Below the pieces are notes generated by a model. It worked only from the letters and a program-made list of their open reading frames with translations. It searched no databases and had not been told where the DNA came from. From the NCBI GenBank assembly GCA_951406725.2, contig OX597821.1:33418001-33482000 (forward strand): 64,000 nt of DNA. The letters are read 5' to 3'. The translations under genes were made by a program, and so were the position numbers. The DNA comes from Octopus vulgaris (lineage: Eukaryota). Shown piece after piece: positions 25,601-38,400 of this stretch (the stretch's first letter is position 1; every line of letters starts with the position of its first letter).

Positions 25601-28600
25601 AATGGCAGATGCATCTGGGCCTGAACCAGTTTTGTATTCTGGTGAAGGTGTTGGTAATATACCTTGAGATTGCTGTGGCTGCAGCCCAAATGTTGTAGTA
25701 GTAGTAGTAGAACTCCCAGTGAAACTGAATAAGCCTGGCTTTGACTGTCCAAACTGGGTCTGGTTCAAGCCCTGTCCTGCAGTGGGAGCACTAGTTGATG
25801 TTGACCCTATGTTAGGCTGCTGACCCATGAGTGGTGAGCCAGACATATTTCCAAAGACACTAGTACCTAGAATGAACAAGTAGAAATTTGCATAAAATAA
25901 ATAAATAAAAAAAATAATAATTCAACACCGGAATGAGAATTACCTCGACATACACTTATGGAATTTAAATATCTTATATAATAATGCATGCACATATATA
26001 CATATATAAATACATACATGTACACACATGTATAACTATACAAATTGTACACACATATACAGGGTTGGCCAAAAGTCACCCGGCAGTAAATCAAAATTCC
26101 AAAAATACTATACTCTTTTACTTGTTTGTCATTTGACTGCAGCCGTGCTGGAGCACCGCCTTTTAGTCGAGCAAATCGACCCCGGGACTTATTCTTTGTA
26201 AGCCCAGTACTTATTCTATCGGTCTCTTTGGCCGAACCGCTAAGTGACGGGGACGTAAACACACCAGCATCGGTTGTCAAGCAATGCTAGGGGGACAAAC
26301 ACATACATATATACGACAGGCTTCTTTCAGTTTCCGTCTACCAAATCCACTCACAAGGCATTGGTCGGCCCGGGGCTATAGCAGAAGACACTTGCCCAAG
26401 ATGCCACACAGTGGGACTGAACCCGGAACCATGTGGTTGGTTAGCAAGCTACTTTATTTCATATATAATTTGCCACTAGGGTAGTACACAGAGTAGCTGC
26501 GGGCTGGACAAAAGACATTAATGAATGATGGTGATGGACGAAGATGGTGATGGGAGAAGACAAAAGCGCCTGCCGACTTTCGCTTCTCTAAGACATTGTT
26601 CTTTTTTTCCCAAAAATTTTAGAAAAATTTCAAAGTTTCACAACAATTCCAAATTTTACAAATTACAAATTCAAAAATTTTATAAGAGGCAATAAACCTC
26701 TTTCTCAATATAATACAAAAACAGGTTCACGTTACCCGGCCGACCAGACCTCTTGCTTCATTAAGGCAATCGTTCTTCGTCAGGCCCCATACAGGCATAA
26801 CTCGAAAGGAGTCCTCCGGGAAAGAATTCGTGATCCTGCACAGATCTTTATCCAGTAGGACCTCCACAGCCAGCTGCAAAGGCCACTCGGGATCCTCCGT
26901 GCAGAACCAAAGTCCCTCCCATTGGCCTCTCCTCCTCATTTTACCTATTTCATTCTCTAATATTCCTTCTTTATAGAAGAATACCACAGAATGTTTTACC
27001 GGCCACACAACCGCCGGAGGAGACATGGGAGACGCCGTCTGCATGTTACAATCCGCCGGTGGCATCCCGTTTCTCTTCTTTTTCTTTTTACCTTGGGCCT
27101 CAGGAGGTTGAGGTTCCGTTGTTGTACACACTGGGTCCTCTTTTTCTCCCGTAGTTTCCGGTTCTTTTGGTGGGTTGCCATTGCACCCCACTTTTCTTTT
27201 TCTTTTTGTTGAGGAAGTCACCGCTTCCTCGCTTTGTTTCTCTCCCTCCATTGGGGGGGCAGGGAGAGGCTCCAACATCAACTGCTCCAGGATCCTACTC
27301 TGGTCCTTGGGGCAGTTCTTCTTAATATGGCCGGTCTCCAGGCACAGGTGACACTTGGGGGGGGCGTCCCTCAAGCATCACCGGATACCTGTACTCGGCC
27401 ATCCCCAAAAAGTCCGGTAAAACCAGACTTTTGGCTGACTGGGTCCATAGGGTCAAAACAGCTTTTGACCCCTCCCAGTTAGCCGCAGGCTGCACTTTTA
27501 CGTTCAGTAGCTTGGAACTGCTACCATCCAAGCCCCGGCGGATAGAGTCCTCTATCCACTCGGGCTCAATGCCTGGTGGTAATCCGCAGATCCGAGCTCT
27601 CAACAGTTTTTCTCCCATATAATTGGGGAGAAACAATATTTCTTCGCCCTCGATAGGCTGGCTTGCAAATTTGCAAGCTGCTTTAGGGGAGTCAAATAGC
27701 AACCAAACCGTTGCGTATTTAACTCCCCGAGCGATATATTTAACGGCTGGCATGTAGTCTGCCAGCTTGTTTAAAATAGTAGCCTTTGGGAAGACTGCTA
27801 TGGTGTCGAGCGACTTCGAGTATGTCCTCAACACCACGGTCTTCCTTTCCAGCTCTTTTAAATATTTTTTGGGTGGTGTTAGGTCCCATACAATAAGTTC
27901 CTTTGCCATAACGTAAAGTTCAAAAACAGTTCAAACAAAAAATAAAATAGGTCACAAAAAGGAGAATGGAAAACACAACAGAAGGGAAGAAATAAAAATA
28001 GAAGTTCAAAAAAAGTTCCTTAAAAATAACGATAGCTTGAAGAAGAGTTCAAATTCAGCAAAGGAATTAATTATTTTGGCCGAAAAGGTACTCCTGGCCA
28101 AACGTTCAACAGTCTTTGGTGCTTCCTGGTAAATCCCAATGAAAACAGTCCTTGGTTGTCGTTGGTAATCTCCTCGAAAGCAAATAATTTTTGAGGAGGG
28201 GCTACGCCTCCTCAAAAAACACAATTCTCACTGCAAAGTGAGTCTTTACACTCGACTACAGGCAGAAAAATTGTCCAGAGCAAAGTGGAGTCTATTACTT
28301 GCTAAAAAATATTAAATGCAGAGCAATAAACTTCACTAAGCCCCCAAAAAATACAAAACGCCTACCTGTAGTCGAGTCTCAAAAATTCAACATTTCACGT
28401 TGAAACACGTGACAACTGGCAGCTGCCAAAAAACACGTCTGAACATGTCAGTGGTTAGCAACCTACTTACCACACAGCCACTCCTGTAATTTTGTATTGA
28501 TTCAAATGGAAAAATGTTGCACAAGAAGGACTTCAGTTTGAACTATTTTCATGAGATTTCTTATTTATATGCTTTTATTAAATTCATTCAGTTGTTAAAT

Positions 28601-31600
28601 ATAAATAAATCTTGGAATTAAATGGTTTTGATTTACTGTCAGGCAACTTTTGACCGATCCTGTATAACTACACACACATACATACATACATATAGAACTA
28701 CAAGCATGTATATAAATATATAAACACACACGCATACATAAATATAATCACATACACATACATAACTATATAAACACATACACACACAAATATATAAATA
28801 CATATGTACACACATATATAAACACATATGCACATACACACAAAAACATGTACAAACATATATACAGAAATAAATACACACATGTAATACATAATCACAT
28901 ATACAAGTACACATATGAATATTTGCACACATACACAAACGTTTGGATGTACCACTGAGAAAAAAAAAAAAACTCTTTATATGAAGTAGAGTAAATATGT
29001 TCAAAACTAAGGATGCACTCCATTGCAATTCTTAGTTTCTCCCTGTAGCCATGACATGAATTAATTTGAATATAGGACATGATCATTCTCATCCTTATGT
29101 TTCACTGGTCAGATGGGACTATTGTTGAGCCAGCTGCAGTCAAACAGATCTATAGTTAATAAAGGTATTCCAACCATGACCATCCTGTTAGTTCGAATGC
29201 TGCTTTCAAATTTGGCACAAGGCGAGCAATTTCGGGGGGAGGGGTAAAGCTGTTTACATCAACCCCAGTGCTCAAATGATACTCATTTTATTGACCCTGA
29301 AAGGATGAAAGGCAAAGTTGACCTCAGCAGAATTTGAACTCAGAACGTGAGGACGGATAAAATGCCACTGTTTTGCCTAGCATGTTAATGATTCTGCCAG
29401 GTAGCCACCTTGTTATTTCATATATCATGCCCATCTCATCTCTTGCTTCCATTGTTACCATTCTATCTTCCTTACCCCAGATACTCCCTTTCACCCTTAC
29501 ATAAATGCAAGGTAGCCATGCATGCATCGTTTCCATAACAAGACACATCTGCTTGTCTCTAGCATAAAAATTTCCTTTCCACACTCTTAAATGCTCCCCA
29601 CCACTCAGTCAAGAGGGGAGTTTTCCTTTTCTCCTTTTTCTTGTTCTTTCCTGTCTGCAAGTTAGCAAACTCACTAATGCCAGTGGCACAAAAAAAAAAA
29701 AGAAAAAAAAAGATTTTTAATGTGATTGTTGCTAGGAAAGGCATCCAGCCAAAGAAACCATGCCAAAACTGACATGGAATATGATGCAACCCAGTGGCTC
29801 ACCAGATCCTGACAAACAGACCAACCCATACCAGCATGGAAAATGGATGTAAATGATGATATGCTGATTGTTGATGCTGGTAGACATAAGTGGGTCTTAT
29901 CAAATAAGTACTTTCCAATCATGACCATGCCAAAAATTTTCAGGCAGTATACCCAGAATGACATTATCCAATGTGTTCTGATTTTTCTTAAAGATAGAGC
30001 ATAATTTGAATGAAATTTAGCTGCTACTTCTAGCGGGTCAACCAACCATAGAGGTTACCTCATTAGATTGTATGTATATTAGCCGACTTACCAGGTGTAC
30101 CAAATAAGGAAGGTTTTGCAGGTTGTACTTGGTCAAGGGCAGATGGACCACTTGAAACAGGTGCTGCAGGCTGCAACAAATAAAAAGTAAATTCATACAG
30201 TATGTTGATGGGAGGGAAAATTGTAGGGTGGTGGGGAAGAGGTTCAGCAGTGATGCATCTGGTGCAGATCAAAGACTGGTGAAAAATGGTTTCATAAAGC
30301 ATAGGTAATTAAAAGTAAAAATATACTTTGGATCAGTGGTTCCCAACCAGAGTCCATGTAAGACTTTTGGGGTTCATGCAAGCAAAATAGTGAATTGGGG
30401 ATCCACAGTAGTATGTTAAGGGTCCTTGAAAAATGTTTGCTTTAGATGTATGTATTGCAAGAAACAGGTTTCTTTCTCTAATGTTTTACATAGTTCAACT
30501 TAAACAATTTATAGTGTGAAAAACAAAATAGGAATTTTAAAAAGAGCATCTATAAAATTAGCATTTTCACACAATGAATGGCTTTAGGGGTCCACCAGAA
30601 TAGGATAGTAATGAAAAAGGGTCCATAGGCAAAAAATGGTTGAGAACCACTGCTTTAGATACAGCTGTGATATCTATTCCAACGGAGTTAGTTCTAAATT
30701 CTAAATATCTTCAGAGCCAAAACAACAGTCTATAAAATTTATAAAACTAGGATCTCCTTGCTTTCTGAAAGAGAGAAAAAGAATATTGTGTTTTTGTGTG
30801 TGTTTTTATATATAAGCTGAAGTTGTCTGTGTGTGGCAGGTTTGATAGCCTTCAGCTAACACTATCTCCTCTGAGACCCTGTGGCACAAGTTGACCAAAA
30901 TTGAGAGTATGATAGAAGAAAGCTTGCTCTTCATTCCGTAGAAGATAAAATTCAAATCGGACCATGTTAAGACCAAAAATTATTTACATCAAAAAGGTGT
31001 ATGAAAAAAGGTATATTTACATCAAAAAGGTGTGAAAAAAATCCCTATTTTTTACGATTTTTGACTGCTGTGTCGCCATTTTTCGGTGTATTTCAACCAG
31101 AAAATTGTTCACTTAAAGAGAATAACAAGCTACATAATGCAAAATTTTTACTTTTCAAAAATTCCAATTCTAAAGGATTGAAACAAACCCGAGCAACGCC
31201 CAGCGATACTGCTAGTCTATATATATATATATATATATATATATTGTAGATCCAGTTTAATTTAAACCCTCTCAGACCTGGTTTTCTGAGCAAAAAAGTA
31301 CTTGTAACTATCACCATCAAAAAGACAGTGAAACAGCGAGTGGCCTATTGAAAACCTACAAGCTATGATCCCATGGTTTACAAAAACATGGCAAAAGTGT
31401 ATGCAACAGATACAGACGTGGACATTTGGTTAAAAAGTTTGCTTCCAAAACATGTAGTCTTGAGTTTTGTACCATTGCATGGCACCTTGGGCTCATAGCC
31501 CTGGGCCAACAAAAGCCTTAAGTGATGTTGGTGGACAGAAACTGAAAGAAGCTTGCTATCTATGTATGGGTGTGTGTGTATTTGTGTGAAACCTTGACTT

Positions 31601-32413
31601 GACATCGCATGACCAATGTAAATGAGAATCACCATCATACAAGTGATGATGTCCATTTCCAGTCTTCCGGAGGAAGTGTGGCTGGCCATGGGGATATATT
31701 ACCTTGCTTGGAAAATAGGTGAGGGTTGGCAACCGGAAGGGCATGTGGTTGTAGAAAACCTGCCTGATCATTGTCACTTATTTGACAGCATTCAGTTAGG
31801 GATAATATTTTCTCAATCTCACACATAAAAACATCACCATATATTTACACACACACACACACACAGGTATGTTGATGCAAACACGAAAAATAGAACTCAA
31901 AATATGAGTATCTCTCTTTTACTCTTTCTCTTTTACTTGTTTCAGTCATTTAACTGCGGCCATGCTGGAGCACCGCCTTTAGTTGAGCAAATCAACCCCG
32001 GGACTTATTCTTTGTAAGCCCAGTACTTATTCTATCGGTCTCTTTGGCCGAACCGCTAAGTGACGGGGAGGTAAACACACCAGCATCGGTTGTCAAGCAA
32101 TGCTAGAGGGACAAACACAGACACACAAACATATACATACACATACATACATATATACAACAGGCTTCTTTCAGTTTCCGTCTACCAAATCCACTCACAA
32201 GGCATTGGTCGGCCCGAGGCTATAGCAGAAGACACTTGCCCAAGATGCCACGCAGTGGGACTGAACCCAGAACCATGTGGTTGGTAGGCAAATATTTTGC
32301 AGAAGTAACAGAGTGACTCAAGGTCTGAGAATTTCATAAGTTGGCATTTTTTAAGTGTCAACACACAAAAAACTCAAACTTTGAATCACCATTACCTTTT
32401 TTTAAATATTAAT

Positions 32414-32451
<38 letters not shown>

Positions 32452-35400
32452 CCATCATTGGAATGTCCACTTTCCCATGCATGCCTGCATAGGTCAGACG
32501 TTGGAGCAGACTTTTCTATGGTTAGAAGTCCTTCCTTATGTCAAGCTTCATCTGTTTCCAAACAAGGTAATAATCACCTACTCAACTCAACAAACAGCCC
32601 AGAAATGGCTTTGCAGGGAACTGAAAACAAAAGACACTCTTTGAATGAATTTTTGCTTACAAAGATAGTACTATATGTCAGGACATGCCAAGAAGCCTAG
32701 ACATGCTTTTGTGACAGATCACAAAGGCCACTGTGCATACAAACAGTGTGGTTATGTTTATAATAAGGGAAATACGAATTCACTCAATCATAAACACGCA
32801 TGTAAAGGAGAGATATTTAGCTAATCTAGCAGGTTGAGTGACTTTGAAGAAGCTGCCTTAATGGCTTGCTTACACCTAAGTTCCACAGTAAAATTGGGAC
32901 AAAGTAGTGAGGAACAATCTACAAAGTTTGAGACTCACAGAGGGGATGACAGTGGTCTGAGACTCCTTGCAGTTTGCTGTACTTGAAAAAACCTGCCAAG
33001 TGATGTAAGAGCATGGTTGCCCTTGGATACAGGCTCGTCTCTTGCAACCCTCTCCAGGTGAACATACCTTATCTTGCAGGCTCTTAAGTGCTGGTACCAC
33101 GTAAAAAGTACCCATTCCGGTGCTGTGTAAGAGTGTCCAGTACACTCTGTGAAGTGGTTGGAGTTAGGAAGGGCATCCAACTGTAGAAACCATCCCAAAA
33201 GAGACATGGAGCCTGACCAGTTTAGATGATAAAGGGTTAAACTTACAAAGTATCAGGTTAAAAAGAGTGTCCAAGTTACCCACAGCAGAGGGCAGACCTC
33301 CACCATATTATATATTTACATGCCGGTGGCACGTAAAAAGCACCCACTACACTCACGGAGTGGTTGGCGTTAGGAAGGGCATCCAGCCATAGAAACATTG
33401 CCAGTTCAGACTGGGCCTGATGCAGCCTCCTGGCTTCCCATACCCCAGTCAAACCGTCCAACCCATGCTAGCATGGAAAGCGGATGCTAAATGATGATGA
33501 TGATGATGATGATGATGATTGGGAGCATTAAAGCTTAAAGAGTTTTGACTAATAGACAACATACTGCTAGTAATGTGATATAAGCTGACATCATGGATGG
33601 CTACTCTGTCGGTTAGGACAAGGGTTCTAGCTGATCCGATCAACAGAACAAGCTGCTTGTGAAATTAACATGTAAGTGGCTGAGTACTCCACAGACATGT
33701 ACCCTTAACATAGTTCTCAAGGAGATTCAGTGTGACACAGAGTATGACAAGGCTGGTTCTTTGAAATACAGGTACTGCATGTTTTTGCTGGTTGAGTGGA
33801 CTGGAGCAACGTGAAATAAAGTGTCTTGCTCAAGGACACAACATGTCACCAGGAATTGAACCCACAACCTTACAATCGTGAGGCAAATACCCTAACCACT
33901 AAGCCATATGCCTTACAACAAGAACTATAATACTGATTGAATGAAAATGGCAAGTTGGTAACAGAAAGAAACAAAACATGCTAAAATAACCGAATAAACA
34001 TATCTTACTTTGTTTTCAGCAGGCTTCTGATCAAACAGACCAAATTTAAAACTTGTCTCTGCAGGGGCTGCCATAGCTGGAGGTGGTGCTGCAGGGGCTG
34101 GTGTTCCTGTGGCAGCATTTGCAGGAGGGCTCTGAGCAATATGTGGCAGCTGTGTAACTCCCGCTGAAAATATGGACAGAAGAATGTAATCTGTGTAAAG
34201 CAATGAAAGTGAGTATATTGGAGTCAGTATAAAGGTGGTAGGGAGAGGAGAGTCTGTGTGTGTGTCAGTAAAAAGGAAGTAAAGAGGGAATATATTGTAC
34301 CATATTTTCCAGCATACAAGTGGCAAGCTGGCAAAATCGTTAGCATGCAGGACAAAATACTGGCATTAATTAGGGCATCTAGCTGTAGAAACCATGCCAA
34401 ATCAGACTGGGGTCTGGTACAGCTCCCCAGCTCTAATCAAATTGTTCAAACCATGCCAGCATGGACAACAGATGTTAAATGATGATGATGACAAGTTGAC
34501 ATAGTATATAGTGTAAACATTCAAACGCCACCATTATCTTTCTAAATCCTGCTGCAGTTTACGTGGAATTTTAGGTTCTCCAAAGTTATCTTGGTGTATA
34601 TGTTGACCTACCTTTTTTGGCTGTTTGAAAAATTTGGCTTTTAGACCAGAAAATATTGTATTAAAGAAAGAAAGTTTTATGTAATCAGCGGAAAGATTAA
34701 ATGAAAAAATAATCTGAAATTATTAGTGGTTAGGTTCAAATACTGTAACAGCTCAGAAAAAAAAAGAAGTAATTGTATAACAATAAGAAGCCTTAGGTTA
34801 AAAAAAAACTCCTTCCTTGTTATCAGAGTATCAAATCTCACAGTAATAAAACTGATAAAGCATGTTCAAGTCTTGATTTGACTTGCTGTTGTTATATCAG
34901 CTTCACTACAAAACAAAAACAAGTTCCACAGAGGCTAATTTTTGCAAAAGGAAAGTGTTGCAGATGAAATTATAGAAGATTCTTACGTATTTGAGGACGT
35001 AGTCCTGATGGGTTCAGTGCTTCAATTGGAACAGTCATACTGGCAGCTGCCTTGTGTTTGTAAACCATGAAGAATGGGACTAATACACCGTCTGTAGACA
35101 GCATCAGCATCACAGGGAAAGGTCCTATCTCTACCTCATCTGAAAAATATTTAGTGATAAAATGAATTCATATTGGATTGTAAATTAGACAACAAAAATG
35201 CAATTTAAGAACTACCAATAAAATGAGGTTTCTTATTTCTTTACTGCCCACAAGGGGCTAAACATAGAGGGGACAAACAAACGGATTAAGTCGATTACAT
35301 TGACCCCAGTGCGTAACTGGTACTTAATTTATCGACCCCGAAAGAATGAAAGGCAAAGTCGACCTCAGCGGAATTTGAACTCAGAACGTAACGGCAGACG

Positions 35401-38400
35401 AAATACTGCTAAGCATTTCGCCTGGTGTGCTAATGTTTTTGCCAGCTCGCCGCCTTCTAATAAAATGAGGTTTCTGTATATGAAAGGTCTGTCCTGCAAT
35501 AACAGTTTACATATAATCAAGATAATAACTGGTCAGTTTTCCAATCATAGATCACAAATCGTGATGGCATCGACTAGTCAAATCTCCAATTAAATGCCAT
35601 ATACAGCAACAGCTGCGATTGCTAAGTCCTACAATCCTGCATTAACTCAAGTTAAGATATATTGTCTGCTCAGAGTTAGCTACTCCGATAGTTTCTAAGT
35701 TTCATAACAGAATATATTTTCAATTATATATCACTATGCTATTTCACAAATTTATATGATTCTTTTGATATTTGTCTAATAAGCAGCAGATAAATCTATG
35801 CCTTCCAATCTGTCAAGGATGGTACATTTTTTTGTATCACTAAAAACAGGGCTATAAATACACTTTTTGTTCTAATATTGAATTTTCATTATTTTCATGA
35901 ACCAAATACTAAGAAGCAAAGATGTTCAATAACTGAGGACTGTACTAGGCTCTTCAATGTCAATACTCATACTTTGAATAGATTTTGGAGTTTTGCAGGT
36001 TTATAATGCTCCAGAAACAATCTGATGTCTATGAATTAAGTGAATAATATTTTATTCCACAAGGTTAGATAAATACTAAGATGTTCCGGTAATGATTCCA
36101 TTACTGGCACAATAAACTTCTCATTAGTTACCCATAGACAACCTTTCTCCTGACTTCAGAGAGCAAATCAAAATTATGTATAAGTTTGTTCTGAATTACT
36201 TTTGTTTAAACCTGACAGGAGTGGATATGTATACCTACACTACAATGTTAGACAGATCACTCATTCATTAATGCATGTACAAAATAGTTCTAATGCTATT
36301 ACTACAGTTTCTTGTATATATGCATATGTGATAAGTTCAATAGTAACTTCTGTAAAGTATAGCACTTACTCATTATTATCTGTTTTTGGTTTGAATAGTC
36401 AATTGCGAGTCCAACAGGAAAGCTATCACATTTCTCTGCTGTTAAGGGAACTTCAGCACGTGCACTATCTTCTAGCATGCAATGGTCCCAAGATTTCTAG
36501 AAAAGGGTAAGAGAATGAGATTGTTTTAAAGACATACAACAGGAAGTTAAAAATACTTTTAGACAAAAGCTATTCACTATAATCCTTAAGAATAATGTTT
36601 TCCTAAAGTGACAAAACTTACACAAATGTATAAGGGAGGAAAACAGTTTAGGGGACCTAAACACACCAGCATCGGTTGTCAAGCGATGTTGGTGAGACAA
36701 ACACAGACATACAAACACACATACATACATATATATATACACGACAGGATTCTTTCAGTTTCCGTCTACCAAATCCACTCACAAGGCTTTGGTCGGCCCG
36801 AGGCCATAGTAGAAGACACTTGCCCAAGGTGCCACGCAGTGGGACTGAACCCGGAACCATGTGGTTGGTAAGCGAGCTACTTACCACACAGCCACTCCTG
36901 CGCCCAATACATGATTGATATTTATTTTATCAACCTGGTAGGAGGAAAGCAATGTCAACAGTTTGAATTTTAAATGTAGACTGTCAGATTTTAATACAGT
37001 GAATGGGTCTGGTGATCTACTATTTCTTTTACTCCTTCTTTCACCAATGAGGGAAACCAGTTCATGGATATTAATTTTTTTTTACAACAACTGTTATAGG
37101 AACAAGAGGAAGATACTTACTTCTGTATCTAAGTTTCTGGCAATAATAGCAGCTTCTAAAGAATTGCTTGAAGCCAAAACAACCATGTCCCTAGTGACAA
37201 AAAAAAAAAAGGAAAAAAGAAATTTGAAGATTAAAAATACAAACACGATCAGTCAACATGCATTTTTCATGTCAATATGGGCTGGTCAATGACAGTATCT
37301 GGTGAGCTGCAACCAGTTTCAGTGTCACTTTGGAGTGGTTTCTACAGTTGGATGCCCTTCCTAACACCAACCACTTTATAATGTGTACCGAGTACTTATC
37401 TCCTGTCACTGGCACTCGTGAGGTTGCCAAGTGACTTGCAAAACAGAGGGGAAAAAAAACCCATTAAATGAAGAACCAGTGACATTGCATAGGGTGTGTG
37501 GACTACATTTATCATGTTTACTGTCATCAAAGATATGCTATATTTAAAGGGACTACTGAAACCTGTGCTACATCACTTTGAAGAACCGAAAATTTTGTCA
37601 GTTCCACAGAGCATTTCTGTAACTAGTACTGGTGCCACATAAAAAAAGCACCTTAGTCTATGTTGTTATGCAGGCACTGTAAAGGGAGGGAGGTAAAAGT
37701 AAAGTGATGAGAATGATGATAGTGGTAGTAGGGGACTGAAAAAGCGGCGAGCTGGTAGAAACGTTAGCACGCCGGGCGAAATGCTTAGCAGTATTTCGTC
37801 TGTCGTTACGTTCTGAGTTCAAATTCTGCCGAGGTCGACTTTGCCTTTCATCCTTTCGGGGTCAATTAAATAAGTACCAGTTATGCACTGGGGTCGATAT
37901 AATCGACTTAATCCCTTTGTCTGTCCTTGTTTGTCCCCTCTGTGTTTAGCCCCTTGTGGGTAGTAAAGAAATAGGTAGTAGGGGACTGAATACGGACAAA
38001 CTGAATCAATGGCATCTCTTGTTACACAGCAACATGGTATGGTGAAGAGGAGAGATGATGAATAAGAGAAAGAGAGTGTAATAGAGATAAGAGGGTATCA
38101 AAGTGATGAGAGGCAGGTGGAACTCGTTAAGACTATAATATACAGAGACCCAAATGTAGACATATTATACATCCCAGCCTCCACCACCATCGACTACAAC
38201 TATTACTACCACTATCACTTTAACCCTTTCGATACCAACCCGACTGAAACCAGCTCTGGCTCTGTAGTACAAATGTCTTGTTTTCATAAGTTTTGAATTA
38301 AAATCTTCCACCAATCCTTAGTCACAATTTATGTTCCAAACACCAGCTTAATGATAACGAAGTTATTTTACTAAATTCTTTGTTATATTTAAAATAATTG

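Noticed and set aside
28941-28954. Possible NUP214 micro-exon (polyT-cag..gtttgt)
   Set aside because: 14 nt would break the frame; exons 12 and 13 already join in phase
28639-29092. Cys/Val/Tyr-rich ORFs
   Set aside because: Translation of degenerate (CA)/(TA) microsatellite
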